From NCBI GenBank assembly GCA_037379345.1, contig CM074512.1, positions 68,407,597 to 68,471,596 of the forward strand: a DNA stretch of 64,000 nucleotides, given 5' to 3'. Both the position numbers and the translations under genes were made by a program. Origin of the DNA: Perna viridis (lineage: Eukaryota). Shown in pieces: positions 51,783 to 64,000 of this stretch. The notes beneath the pieces were generated by a model that worked only from the letters and a program-made list of their open reading frames with translations, was not told the origin of the DNA and ran no database searches. Position 1 is the first letter of the stretch. Each line of letters begins with the position of its first letter.

Positions 51783-51952
51783 AACCAGTTTTTAGTGGAG
51801 TCCGAGTTCCTCATTTACTTTTGTTACTTTGTATGTATGATTTTAGTTACTTTATGTTCTTTGCTGTGTATGTCTGTTTTCCATGTCTGGTCTTTGTCCC
51901 TGGATTACATTCTTTTGATTACCGCTATAACTTTGGTTCCCTTGATTACTCT
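51783..51952 (+). mobile_element. Penelope-like retroelement 3' fragment
   Basis: Family tail ending GGTTCCCTTGATTACTCT. Confidence 0.8.
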
Positions 51953-52257
51953 TAACCATATTTTTGGTGATTAGTTCTTAAAGTTATTCATATAAAAGTA
52001 GAATTATATTACAGCTCTGAGTCAGTTTCATAATCAATTCATATGTCAACAAAATATTATAATTTACTATTTTACATTGTAGCTGTGTGTACTAACTGCA
52101 GAGGAAAATAAACAGTAGTTAGGAAAGTCGAATCAAATACAGTCCAACATTCTGAATTTAACTACAAAGGATCAGGATGAGGTACATATTACTCATTCTA
52201 TATAAAATGACCGCTTTAAATGATAAGCACTGCAAACTAAATGTCATCAATATGCAA

Positions 52258-52565
52258 GGGTAATCATGGGAACCAAGATTGTAGCGGAAATCAGAAGAAT
52301 ATAATCCAGGGAAAAAGACCGCACATGGAAAACAGACAAACACAACAAAGAACATAAAATAACTAAAATATTACATACGAAGTATCAGTATACGCAGTAT
52401 GACACGTTGTACAAATCAGTTTTCATGGTCTGCATGGAACCATTTTCATAAAAAAAATAAATATGGAATTTATCGATATGCACATTAAACTGAAGTGTTG
52501 ACATCAATCTTGTAGCAATATAAACCTGTTCCAGAAACCTAATTGTAAGAGGTCTAGCATGGTAC
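52258..52565 (-). mobile_element. Penelope-like retroelement fragment, internally deleted
   Basis: Minus-strand YHARPLTIRFLEQVYIATRLMSTLQ plus tail. Confidence 0.72.
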
Positions 52566-54689
52566 ACAGTCTGTGTAGTTACAGTAAGCTCTGTCACAGT
52601 ATGAGTTACGGTGTCTTATGTAGTTAGAAAAAAAAACATCCTTTTGTGGTCAGTTCAGAAGCTTGGTAGTTATTAAAATGCACCAATATCCCATACATAT
52701 AATGTTTGAGTACCAGTGGAATTTTTACTGGAAAGTCTTGGGAATGTTCATACGTACCTAGCCTGCTTATATATAAATAAGAAAAAATCGATAAATCCGT
52801 CTATATTTGAATTTAATATTTGTTTGCTCATTTTGTTGAGTTCAATTTTATTCAGTCTTCCAAATCCGAATACAGTTTCCGTACTCTCGTTGCCATGTTT
52901 AAGATGTTTTTTTTAATTGGAAGATTCAAGCGATTGTTAAAACCCTATAAAATGTCTTCCAGCTTTATATTTCAGTTATTTTGTTATTAAAAAAAATCAA
53001 AAACAGAAACGTAATGGTGTAAATATATAAGGAATGGTTATAATAGGTTTTAGATAAGTAAAGTTTCTTTTATTATTGGTTTGTCTTTTTTTTATGTAAT
53101 GTTTTATCAAATATGTCTCGTTCATAGGTTAATCTGATTCATACCAGGACGGCTGCAAAATATGCAGACACGCATGCTCAATAACCAACATTTGATCCCT
53201 TGGATAACAGTCCATGTGTTTTTGGTGGTAACTCAAATCAATCATCATAAAACAAACAAAACGCAAGTACTGCAGTCCTCCTTCTGTAACTGTATCATGT
53301 ACAGTCGCTTTATGGTCCCTTTTAGGATTCTCTGTCTGAATCTTAATTTTGCTTTTGTGATGCTCAAACATTATTTATGGCATTTTAAACTTTCAAAACG
53401 ACACACAAATCATTATTACAAATTTACAAAATTCATGTTAAACGTTCAAACAAAGTACGCATTGGTAAGCGTTAAATTTGAATCAATGGTCGAATAATAA
53501 TCATTCATGATAGAGCAAATACTTGTTGTAATACAGCATATGCTAGTTAGAAAGATTGTCAACGCCATGGAATTGGTATGAGACAGATTTAAACGATGAC
53601 CCTAAGTATGTGATCGATTTAAATTACTTTAAGAAAAAAAAAAAAAAACAATATTTTAGAAAAAGACAAATATATAGACTATGTGATTTAACATTACGTA
53701 GCATTTTACAGCAGTATCCAGAATTTAATATTGGTTCCTTGTGCATAATTTAGCCTTAAAATGTTCTATGATGCGTACATACCTTTCACTATAACCTTGG
53801 TTCCCTTGATTACTCTTTCATTAAAGTTATTGCTATATTTTTACGAAACATGTGAAACGATATATTTTAATGTATAGACTGAAGGTTAATCATCAAGCGT
53901 CGGACGTATTAATTGTCAATCCACAACAACCACGTAAACGAATTCTTACAATAGAAGGACATGCGCATTTTACAACATTCGGGTACATCGTTCGTCATGT
54001 TGTTTTTGGTCATGTTTCAGCTGGCGACGAATTGTTTTCTATATCTACGAAACAATATATTAAGTAGATTATTACATTACTAAATTCAGTATTACATGTT
54101 CATAATACTTCTTACATGATTGTTTATGAGAGTTGATATAATTTACTTGATGAGAGAAAAAAATCTTCTCAATTAATGGTATGATCAGCTTTTGTTAATA
54201 TCATCACTACAGACGTTTTCGGTTGACTTTTTTTATGATTGACCGATATGAAGCTCATCGCACATATGAGACAAGATATCTTCAATTAGATTCGACGTCT
54301 TACCAGATTAACTACCAACCGATCTTGACACCTAATGGCTGCAGTAAAGTACCTCATATCATCTTTGACACAAGTCAAAGAAAAAATTAAAAAAACTAAA
54401 ATGATACATACAAAGTAACAAAAGTAAATGAGAAACTCGGACTACACTAAAAACTGGTGCTCCAGTAGGTTATGCGTATTGGCTAATTCATAGGATTCAC
54501 TACAGTTATCAGTTACAAATCACATTGCTGTTCCGAGAATTAATTTTGTTTTATAGATTAGTTTTTTTATTCTAGTGAATGTGGAAGTTTTCATTGACTT
54601 TTTAAAAAAATTATAACACTTTGATATGATAATGACTGTGCTCATTTATCATTACCATTGCTTAACACTTTCAAAGCGCTTTTCATTTT

Positions 54690-54750
54690 TATTTATTTTT
54701 ATTTTATTTTATTTTATTTTATTTTATTTTATTTTATTTATTTATTTATA
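54690..54750. repeat. (TATTT)n microsatellite followed by a poly-G run
   Basis: Direct inspection. Confidence 0.85.
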
Positions 54751-55369
54751 TATTTTTGTTGGGGGGGGGGGGGTGTTTTAGTCTATACATATTTCTATAT
54801 CATGTTTTTAAAAAAATGTCCTACATTTAATTATCAGGTCCAGCTAAAATATATATTAATATTTTCGATTAAACTAATTTTTATCTATTGTTTGGAAGCG
54901 TCGTGTTATCGTGTGTAGAGAGGGGATATGTTTTATATCTTTTGAAATATTCACGTAAATCTTTGACACGATGTTAATTTTTATAGCATTTGTAATTTGT
55001 GATATCAAGTTTCTTATCAGTGTTAATAAAATGCTTGTTTATGGCTATGTTTAATGATGATTTTTTATAACCTTATTTTGTCATTTTCGCATATTTTTCC
55101 ACAATTTGTAACTTATTTACTACATTTATATAATTATATTTAGTTGAAGTTAATTATTGTGAATAGTGCTTAATACGCGTAGAGGAGCTGCATTATTGTT
55201 TTTTTCTTATTACCTGATAATACTCTTCTGCAATGATGGCGGAGCAGGACATGATGAGCCTCTCGGATCATCTGGTATCACTCCTGGTTTATTGTTGGAC
55301 AAATGACTTTTCATTCTGTATTGTTGACTATTTGTTCATCTGTTGCAGCATCCCCTCAGCAATTGTGTT

Positions 55370-55620
55370 ATTTCATATCACAACTCATACTGTATGCCAG
55401 CGATCGCCGTAACCACACAGAATTTTTGTACCGCGATAGATTTCTTACAATTAGTCTTCTGGAACAGGGTTATGTTAGTAAAAGATTGAAGTCATTACTA
55501 CAGAAGTTTTACGGCCGTCATCATGAACTCTTAGATCATTACGGTGTATCCATCCGCACCATGAAAACTGATTTTTCAACGTGTCATAGTTTTCCTTCCC
55601 TCTTTCGTCTACCCTTGAAT
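55370..55620 (+). mobile_element. Penelope-like RT C-terminal fragment
   Basis: ISQLILYA...FLYRDRFLTISLLEQGYVSKRLKSLLQKFYGRHHELLDHYGVSI. Confidence 0.78.
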
Positions 55621-55750
55621 TGAATCAATTGTGAAATATAAACAGGATATGCAGGAGATAAAGGGATATTAATGCACATGTAAGGAAAATTTATGATATT
55701 AAAATTAAAGTCGTCTCTTTTATCATAAATTTTAAAAAAAGACAATTGTT

Positions 55751-55924
55751 ATCAAATTCGAGATGTAGGTCCAAAAGAGTGTGGTTGCCTGCGGTCACAG
55801 TGGAAACCAATGTGACTATGGTAACAGAACTGCAAATGTTTTAACGCATTTGAATAACAGTGAAAGGGTATATATCCGGGTGCATGGAGATGACCATTCT
55901 CATTCAGGACAGATAATATTTTGA
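55751..55924 (+). pseudogene. C1q-domain pseudogene fragment (C-terminal half), paralogue of the 45-48 kb gene
   Basis: Translates IKFEM*VQKSVVACGHSGNQCDYGNRTANVLTHLNNSERVYIRVHGDDHSHSGQIIF* versus IEFEIKTDNGILAYGHSGNQNDYGTGTAHAIAKINKGDRVYLRVHGDDHSASGDMIF; two in-frame stops. Confidence 0.85.
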
Positions 55925-56241
55925 AAACTTTATAAATATTTTGTGTTCTTACTGTGATCTTCATTGCATAGACGTACTGTAAAGATGCTAAACAGTAACG
56001 ATAACTATAGGTTCTAAGGCCTCCTCATTCGGAAAGATGGGTTATAACATACCAGCTTATTATTGGTTATCTTTTTATAACATTATTGATTTTACTTTGC
56101 AAAATTGATATGACGAATTGTTACTTGCATCATGGAGAGTATACTCTCATACGCAACATATAAGTTCAACCATATTCTCTCAAAACTTTAAAATATTAAC
56201 AGAAAGGTACTTCTTTTTTGGGTTATTCAGATTTTAGACAA

Positions 56242-56490
56242 AGAATAATCAAGGGAAATATGGTTTCAGCGGAAATCAAAATGATATATTCCAAAGATTA
56301 AGATAAAATAACCACGATAATACGTGCAAAGAAACAAAGGTAATTGAGCAATCTGCAAATGGGAACATGCACCAGGTGCATTGGTAGGGCAAGCTTCCTC
56401 TGTTTTACTAGAAATACTCGCCGAGTTGCTAATATAATATCACGTCCGGGATAGACGAAAAAGGAAGGAAAAACTATGAAACAGTGAACG
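56242..56490 (-). mobile_element. Degenerate Penelope-like 3' fragment
   Basis: AATAATCAAGGGAA...CACCAGGTGCATTGGTAGGGCAAGC...CGCCGAGTTGCT. Confidence 0.68.
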
Positions 56491-56652
56491 AATTTGTGCA
56501 GATAGATAAGATTTTCGATTGCACAGGCGTTTCTGTAGACGGAGGGAAAATTGTGACGAAATACAACCTACTTTTCTCACATGGTTACGATGAACCTTAC
56601 CTACATCGGAGTAAGATTGAATTTTAAAGAAAATGACAATAAAATGTCATAT

Positions 56653-56896
56653 CTTTTTATGAGCAACTCGGCGGGTGTTTCCAGAAAGGCAGAGGACGCT
56701 TACCCTACCGGTGCACCTGGTCCATGCTCCCAGTTTTTAGTGGAGTCCGAGTTGCTCTTTACTTTTATTACTTTGTATGTATGATTTTAGTTACTTTATG
56801 TTCTTGTTTGTGTATGTCTGTTTTCAATGTCTGGTCTTTGTCCCTGGATTACCTTCTTTTGATTACCGCTATAACCTTGGTTCCCTTGATTACTCT
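56653..56896 (+). mobile_element. Penelope-like retroelement 3' fragment
   Basis: Full structured tail GAGCAACTCGG...CCGAGTTGCTC and terminus GGTTCCCTTGATTACTCT. Confidence 0.8.
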
Positions 56897-57357
56897 TTGA
56901 AATTTGCTCCTTTTTCTTTATTGTGCCATGCAATTTCAACCAAGTCCTTCTTTCAAAGCTGATTACATCTATGATATGTTTTTTTTTCTGTCAAATTTTT
57001 GTTTTGTTTGTTTTTCCAGACGAAAAAGAGTTATGTAATTTTTTACATAAAAAGATTAAATTGATCGTGACTTTTTTGCAAATGTCTTGAAATAAAATTT
57101 AGTAAGTGTAAAGCAAGGGATACAATGTGGACATGCTGTCTGTTCGTCCGTCCCGTAAAATCCTTTCAAGTCGCCGATTTGAATTTAATTAAACTTTACA
57201 CAGTCTTTATTTCATGATACCATGCACTTCATACTCTTTTTTCCTTTTTAAATGTAAAAAAAACGAGACAACAATATAATTGGTTGTATTTTGTTTAACT
57301 TGCGTCGAAAAGAAGTTACATTGCTTTGAATATTTTCCTGCTGCAGTAAGTTCAACA

Positions 57358-58233
57358 TTTGTACCACTACTAATTCCAGTTTGTTGATTTGCTGAAAAAC
57401 AAAAATTAACATTACTTGTTACAGTGAATTTACGAGGAAAAACTGCCACAAGTCAGGAACCGCCACAAGTAATTTCCATACTAGGAGCTATCTCATTGAT
57501 TCTTAATGTATCTGTACTTAACGAATTTGTAACTTTACTTTGAAAATACAATTCTGGACTGATCAAAGGTAAACGAAAAACCATGCAGCCTAGGAAATGC
57601 CTCTGCGTGTAACCGTGATTCTGCTTTCTGTATGAAAATTTAAGTCCTTAACAAGCTTACGGTGATGCAATACTTACAATTCCAGGAGTTTGGTCTGAAT
57701 TAATAGTATCTTAGTACATTTTAGGGGCATCTATATGATTCATTGATTTTTGACCAAACTGTATTTCTAAACAGTTAAAAAACTTGACAGGTGAGTTTAA
57801 CTTACATTATTTCTTTTGTAGTTGGACAGGCAACAAAATTGTCTTTCTTTCACAGAACTAGGCAGACATCCTGACAGACGATAAGTTGATCCTCGACAAT
57901 GTCACAATACACACTCATAACGCATACTACGGAACCAGTGAAACATTTACATGACCTAGAAACGGTCTTTATGCATTCTTCAGCTCAATTGTTGCATTCC
58001 AGAACAAAATTACAATTGAATTCGAAATTGTCAAAGATAATGCAGGCAAAACGTGATTGTTTACGGTCATAACGGAAACCAAGTGAATTATGCGACCAGA
58101 ACTGACATGGCATTACGCAAATAAAAGTGAAAGGGTATGCATCCAGTCATTTATTAGAATGACCATACATACAAGTTCGGAACAAATAGAATTTTACCGG
58201 TTTTTTTTCAACTTTATTGGTTAAAACCTCTAA
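57358..58233 (+). pseudogene. Second C1qDC pseudogene (decayed C1q exon ~57822-58233, plus probable exon-2 relics from ~57358)
   Basis: HTHNAYYGTSETFT*PRNGLYAFFSSIVAFQNKITIEFEIVKDN, then frameshifted YGHNGNQVNY. Weaker upstream relics LIPVC*..EKQ..VNLR and LNEFVTLL*KY...KCLC resemble LIAVC..DKQ..KNLR and LNQNVNLNTKY...ECQC of the intact gene. Confidence 0.82.
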
Positions 58234-59912
58234 TAGTTTTATAGGCATAATGCCAACGAAGATGACCTCTGGGGTTCATTTGCCCAAACATTTGAAAAAA
58301 AAATGATTATAGTATGTAATTGTTAGTAAAATTTGCGTCCAATACATAAAAAAATCAGTAGTTGTCTTTCTAAGAATTATGAAAATACTGAAAAAAATTG
58401 ATACCACCCAAAAAAACTACATATTCTTATTTTTGTAATTAAGTTATATAGGTCTATATTATGAAAGGTGTAATTATTCAATAAAATTTGTCTGCACTTA
58501 GAAGTTATTTCCCTTAATTTTGAAATCTGAGTGCAGTCTATATATTCGTTATCTCCTGAGGACATGGGCTATATGAAATATCGAATGTCCTTTCTATTAA
58601 CTATGGAAATTCAAACAAAATATCACAAAAATGTAAGCTTTTTACAAATGAATTACATTTTGCCTTATTCTTAGTTGGAGTGCTATTTAAGACACATCTT
58701 CATTTGTACTTGAGTGTTAAAATGTTTTTTTTGGAAATTTATTAAATGTTGTCTGATAGTCTCAACAAAAGCATAACTGAACAAAAATGCCATGAAATAC
58801 AAATTGGGTACATATACAATCTGTATTTTTTTTTTTAAAGTTACCGTGTAGAAACCTATGGCGCATTCTCAACCAATTTATCACATAGTAAAGTATTTAA
58901 AAAATGATTCAAAATATTTTAAATCCAACCTTGATTTTGCAACCGCAATATATGTCATTTAGACAAGTACCAGATGTTAATTCTAACATCATGAACAAAA
59001 CGAAATTACTGATTTTTTAAGACTTATCTATTTGATTGTTAAAACAAATTGTTCTAGAATAACATATTGTCAATAATTTTGTATTTTCTTTCTTTTTTCA
59101 ACTTCCACAAAAGAACATAATATGTATTTATCAACATGTAGAGCATGAGTTTTAACGCCTTTAAAATCAATATTTTCTAACCAAATCAACACATATTTGT
59201 CCACATTTGTTTTAACGCTTACACACACAATCGATGTACCTATTGCATGCTTTTCCAGTTTTTCAAGGCTACTCATCTTGTGTCTATTTTCTCTGTCCAG
59301 TCTCCATACTTACAACATATTTTTTTGGTTAACACTTGAATCTTTGTTCCTTTGATTACCCAAATACTAATGTTTTTTTTTCATGAGTTACTCTCTTTAC
59401 TTAGGTTTAGGTCGTTCTATGAAATATTATGTTTTGGTTTAGCTGAAAACTATTTTATCCATGTTTCTTAACTCCATGTACAATGAAAACTAAACATAAG
59501 AAAATGTTAAACCAAACCTGGAGAACTTGATTTTTAATCAAACATTTGCCTACGTGTTTCTGACTTGTGTTGTCTAAAACTGTTAATCTATTGAAGTAGT
59601 ATGGTTTTTAATTAAAGAAAAACAGGCAGCACGTTTACTCTTAAAAATACTGTTAGAAGCAAGCTTGCAATATGTTCAGGGTGTGAGATCAAGTAAAGTT
59701 CATTCAGAGTTGCAAAGATTTCATTTTGTCTAATAGAAATCAAATTATACAATTTTTAAACATGGGTCTGCAAATTCTTTTTTTTTTACATATTACATGT
59801 GTATAGTCCGAGTCTTTGTGTTCCAAGAATAACGAGCTTTGTCACTGTGATGTGTTTTTTTTCATACTTAATAAATAGATAAGAATTTCAAGAAAATGCA
59901 AACAGATCTAAC

Positions 59913-62900
59913 CTACTGCAGGTATAGATACTCTAAATTGCCCTTTTTGCAATGACTATGTAATGTTTTACTGTTGCAACGTTTTTTTTTTTCATAAATT
60001 TTGATTGACGTAGATGAAGTTACATCGATTTCCTTTGTTTGTCTGTCTAAGGCTATCAGCTTGTTTACTCCATGTATCCTTTCGACACGATTGTGCGTCT
60101 TGTTAGTGATATTTACTATCCAAAACAATTGGTTATCCACGACCAGTAGTTCAGTATCACTGATATATACAATATCGCATCCGCAATTAATATCGATTTT
60201 TCCATACGCGGTTCCAAAAGTATCTTTCTTTTTTACAATTTTGTATATCCCACTCTTGTCGCTGCAAGTGATAAAGAAAGTTTTAAGCCCATTATACGTA
60301 ATGCTTGACAGATTATACGGGAAGTTACAATAGCTCAACCGTGTAAAATACCATTTATGTCCATCGTGAAAACCGACATTACATATTTTACTTCAGCCGG
60401 GAGTAATATTCCAGAATCTTTCATTTGAATCCACTTTATTACATTTAATCCTTCAAACTTTCGAACAATTAGGCGACATATTCGTTTTTCGTTAATTTCA
60501 TACATGAAAATTTCATCTGAGAAAACTATCAAAGCCAGCGCTGCATCATACATTAATATGGAACACAATTTGAGGAAACGTTTTGACCGGGTCGGACATT
60601 GAGTAGAGAAGGATTCTGATTGGCATTCAAAATATTCTAAATTGTAAACCCAATCTACCGGACAGTTCATATAATAATCTTGTGAAGCATATCGTTTCAC
60701 CTTCAATTCCGAAACAGCCATACAAGTACCGCTTATAGTAGTGCAGCAAGTTTTAAATTATCCATGTTTAGATAAAGTCAATGATATTTTCTCCTGGTAT
60801 GTCATATTTTGGGAGATTTTGATGGAACCATTTTGAATTTGGTCTGAACCGAACGAACACATACTTTCAGGAAATTTAAGATTAGGTTTCTGTTTACCTT
60901 TAAAGACTGGTTCGTGTGTAATGTATTGAGTATACCGCCAATTAGCACTTTCGGCATATGTTAGCTTCTTTTCTTTCCCTGGAACAAGTTGAATTTTTCT
61001 AAGGAAGTCTTTAAGTTGTTGAGTACAATTTTCTTACACATTAACTTCACTTCTTTTTGCAACTTGGTGAATATTTTCGAATCTTTTTTTTGGAAGTAGA
61101 ATGCTTTTTATGTATTTTATGGCCTGAAATATAAAAACTTTATTTTCGTCACGTTGAAGGAGATTAGTTATTTCTATAATTTGTGACAGATTGGTTCCAA
61201 TATCATTTAATTCAGTAAGATTCTTGTCGTTTTCATCTTTCATCTGCTGATATTTTGAATCCTGAGATTGTTTCATGATGCGCCACTGTTCATCAAAAAT
61301 TGTTTGTAATTTCTCGAGCGTTTCCTTCCCAGTTTTGTGTTCACATTAAATGGACGTTCTGTTTTCATCAATAATGTGCCTCTCCCTAGCAATACGTTTA
61401 TGCAGTAAATTTAATTGATGAACCAGTTTTGGTACTGCTTTCTTTTTAATAGCCAATGCTGCTTTGTCTATGTCAGTGATGTTCTTGCAAGACAAATTTG
61501 TCATGGAAAACGCAAAATAAAATAACTTTATTATTGCAGTGATCACTGCAATTTTTAGAAAAAAAACATGTGAGTGCATTTACATCCTGAAGTTGAATCA
61601 TCTCATGAGGCTGTGTAAATCTGCGATGAGCCTTTCCACATCCACTGCAAACCGGCTCGGAACAATCTCTGCACCAAAGTAGGACTGTTTCAATGTCATT
61701 TGCCCGCTGACTTCCGGCACATAACTCACCTTCATACTCAACTGCAAAATATATAAAAGAGCAATAAACTGATTGATTAAGAATGATATGTTATCCAAAC
61801 TGAAAATTACAAAACAAACACAATACCACAATATAAATTGCTACAATTCGCTTCGAGGGGCGCAAGACTTACGCTGATGATAATATAACGTCTGCAAGAA
61901 AAAGTACTTTTTTCTGGACGAAATTGATTTATATTTTGTGATCTAGATAAAAAGAAATGTAAGCAATTCATTGTTGCTGTTTCTGTGTCTTCGTTTTTTA
62001 TTTTTGTTGTTTTTTTATGATTTTTGTTTTTGTTTTCCTTTTCTGTTTGTTTTGTTGTTTTTTTTTTACTGATTACAATGGAACTTTACTTGAAACTCGG
62101 GTTATAATTTTTTTAGGTTTAACCAACCAACATATTACTTTAAATATAATGTGGCGGTTAATATTTTATTTAAAGAATTATTTTCACACTAAAAGGACTG
62201 AAGTTCCAGTCAACGTATTTGATATTCAACATAGATTTAGATATTTGTCTTACATCCTTTATACAAATATGTTTCAGGAGAATTTGTAGTGACGTCGTGT
62301 ATCATCTTGCATTTTTCTTGATTAAACCACTATCATCTGATAAATCTAACCCCCATGTAGTAGTTACAGTACCCGAACCGATCCGTGCAACACAAATTGC
62401 GAAATTGAAAATTTGTCAATTTCTCACATATTGATATAATGCAACAAATTTGGACATCAATTTCTACTTTAATTTTACATTTGTTTTATTTTTAACAAAT
62501 CATTCGTCATTTTACATAACAAAACTGTGATCAGATCGGTCACCGGTCATCGGTCATCGATCCGTCAGCGATCAATCAGTCAACGGTCATCGATGCGTCA
62601 AACCGTTGCGCGGATCAGTTCAGGGACTGTAATTGTACCATGGAAAGAGGGATTCGATCGAACATGTTAAATTACCTGATGATAGAAAGTATAAATCTCG
62701 GTTTTTATTGTTTATTAACTACATACGATATATTATCAGACAATAGTAAATCATTCAAGGGAAGCTTAAGGTCACCTCAAGTTTACTTTATTACAGACTG
62801 TATGATGTAGCAAGCACGCTTATAAAATAATTAGTATACATACCTGGTACAGACATGGTTACAGATTTCTCTCTATTCCACCGATATACCCTTTCACCAA

Positions 62901-63114
62901 AGATTGTACTTTTTTCTCCGTATAACAGATCGGAAATGCCTTCCGAATAATGCACGATAGCATTCCCTTCCTTCCGTCTTAGACACAAGCTAAGTAATTG
63001 TCTCGCTAAATAATGTTTGTAAAGCAGGTGTCAATCCTGAATGACTCGGTAAATTATCTTGGTCCTGGCGTTTGTTATTTTCAATCTTTAGTAAAATGGT
63101 ATCAAGTCAATTAC
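59913..63114 (-). pseudogene. Decayed B-box/B-box/coiled-coil/putative beta-propeller (TRIM-like, no RING seen) gene
   Basis: Minus-strand exon from CAG acceptor at 61741 encodes LCAGSQRAND...WCRDCSEPVCSGCGKAHRRFTQPH (B-box) and CSDHCNNKVILFCVFHDKFV (B-box2, truncated by deletion/frameshift). A coiled coil with in-frame stops and fragmented beta-rich ORFs (60335-60721, 59913-60338) follow. An upstream exon ending MSVP-G|GTATGT at 62844 is phase-compatible. Confidence 0.8.
62367..62629. mobile_element. Second, inverted copy of the GATC-rich CAGT MITE
   Basis: TA|CAGTACCCGAACCGATCCGTGCA ... GCGCGGATCAGTTCAGGGACTG|TA; interior is the reverse complement of 28940-29100. Confidence 0.82.
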
Positions 63115-64000
63115 CTATAGAAACTGTTCAGTACTCCAACATTATACACAACAAACATGTACTTATATAGTCTTATAATTGCACTAAAACTCTGATACTA
63201 CATCGTTTTTAGATTTCACTAATTTTCATAGTTTTATCATTTTTTGCGCATTACAACCTGTAAATATTTAATTTCCTTTCGCTCGAAAAAAATTAAATAT
63301 CTTTTGGGAAGGATAAAGTCAAAACTAATACAATATGCGAATCCTTGTCATTTACATAATCCACTATGCAAAGAAACACACTGTAATTTCCAATTTATAT
63401 CTATCATTTGTCGCGTAGAAAAACGTAAATTTGACTGCAATGATTTGAATATGAAATCTATATTTTGCCAAATGGTTCACAAGTGATATGGACATGAGCT
63501 TTTCCACAAGTCCAATAAGATTATTTAGAACTCTCCAAGTAACGCAATGTCACCTTCAAACGATAAGCGTCGTCGCGCGCGATTAAATTTTACCTTCTTA
63601 CATACTTATTGAGAAATGAATTAAAAATTTTCTTTTACTTTAGATGCCAAGCACGTTTACATACAGTAGCATTAAAGCTTTATTAGTAGATGTTGAACAT
63701 GAGTATATCTCAAATGTGTTTTGTCATAATTTTATGAGTGTAAATTGTGCAATTTATTTGTTCAAATTGACTACCGATAAAAATATATTACATAATAATA
63801 TCCAGGTTTCTTCAAATATTAAACTTCTTATGAGATATGCAATGTGGAAATTTTGAGATGATATTATGTCCTTCTCTAATGAAAAGGCATATATAACTCG
63901 ATATTCGGCATGCAGCTTGATATGTTGCACTTAGTGTACTTGGGTACATCAAAATCCGGTTTGTCGGAACTCTTTATTTTTGTGTTTTATCGAACTATAC

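Noticed and set aside
53129-53225. Possible 5' half of another C1q exon (NNQHLI...)
   Set aside because: Similarity to the C1q paralogues is too short to support by eye

Overview
AT-rich, intron-containing animal genomic DNA, most likely a bivalve mollusc (Mytilus-like; inferred from the repeat families and the C1qDC/B-box gene content). The left half (1.7-28.5 kb, + strand) holds 11 phase-compatible coding exons (~551 aa) of an M28B-family GCPII/NAALADase/transferrin-receptor-like protein. It has lost almost all zinc and catalytic residues, so it is an intact pseudo-peptidase; its 5' end lies upstream of the window. The right half is an immune-type, repeat-rich, CpG-richer block: a 3-exon type II membrane TNF-superfamily ligand (39.3-41.2 kb), a 3-exon secreted coiled-coil/C1q-domain gene (45.4-48.7 kb), two decayed C1q paralogues (55.7-58.2 kb) and a decayed minus-strand B-box/coiled-coil (TRIM-like) gene (59.9-63.1 kb). 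Repeats include over a dozen 3' fragments of a Penelope-like retroelement whose tail folds into a covarying multi-branch RNA structure, several TA-flanked MITE families, SINE pieces with target-site duplications, a Crypton-like relic and several long hairpins. Most short ORFs in the supplied track are non-coding noise. All calls are by eye; no database search was run.
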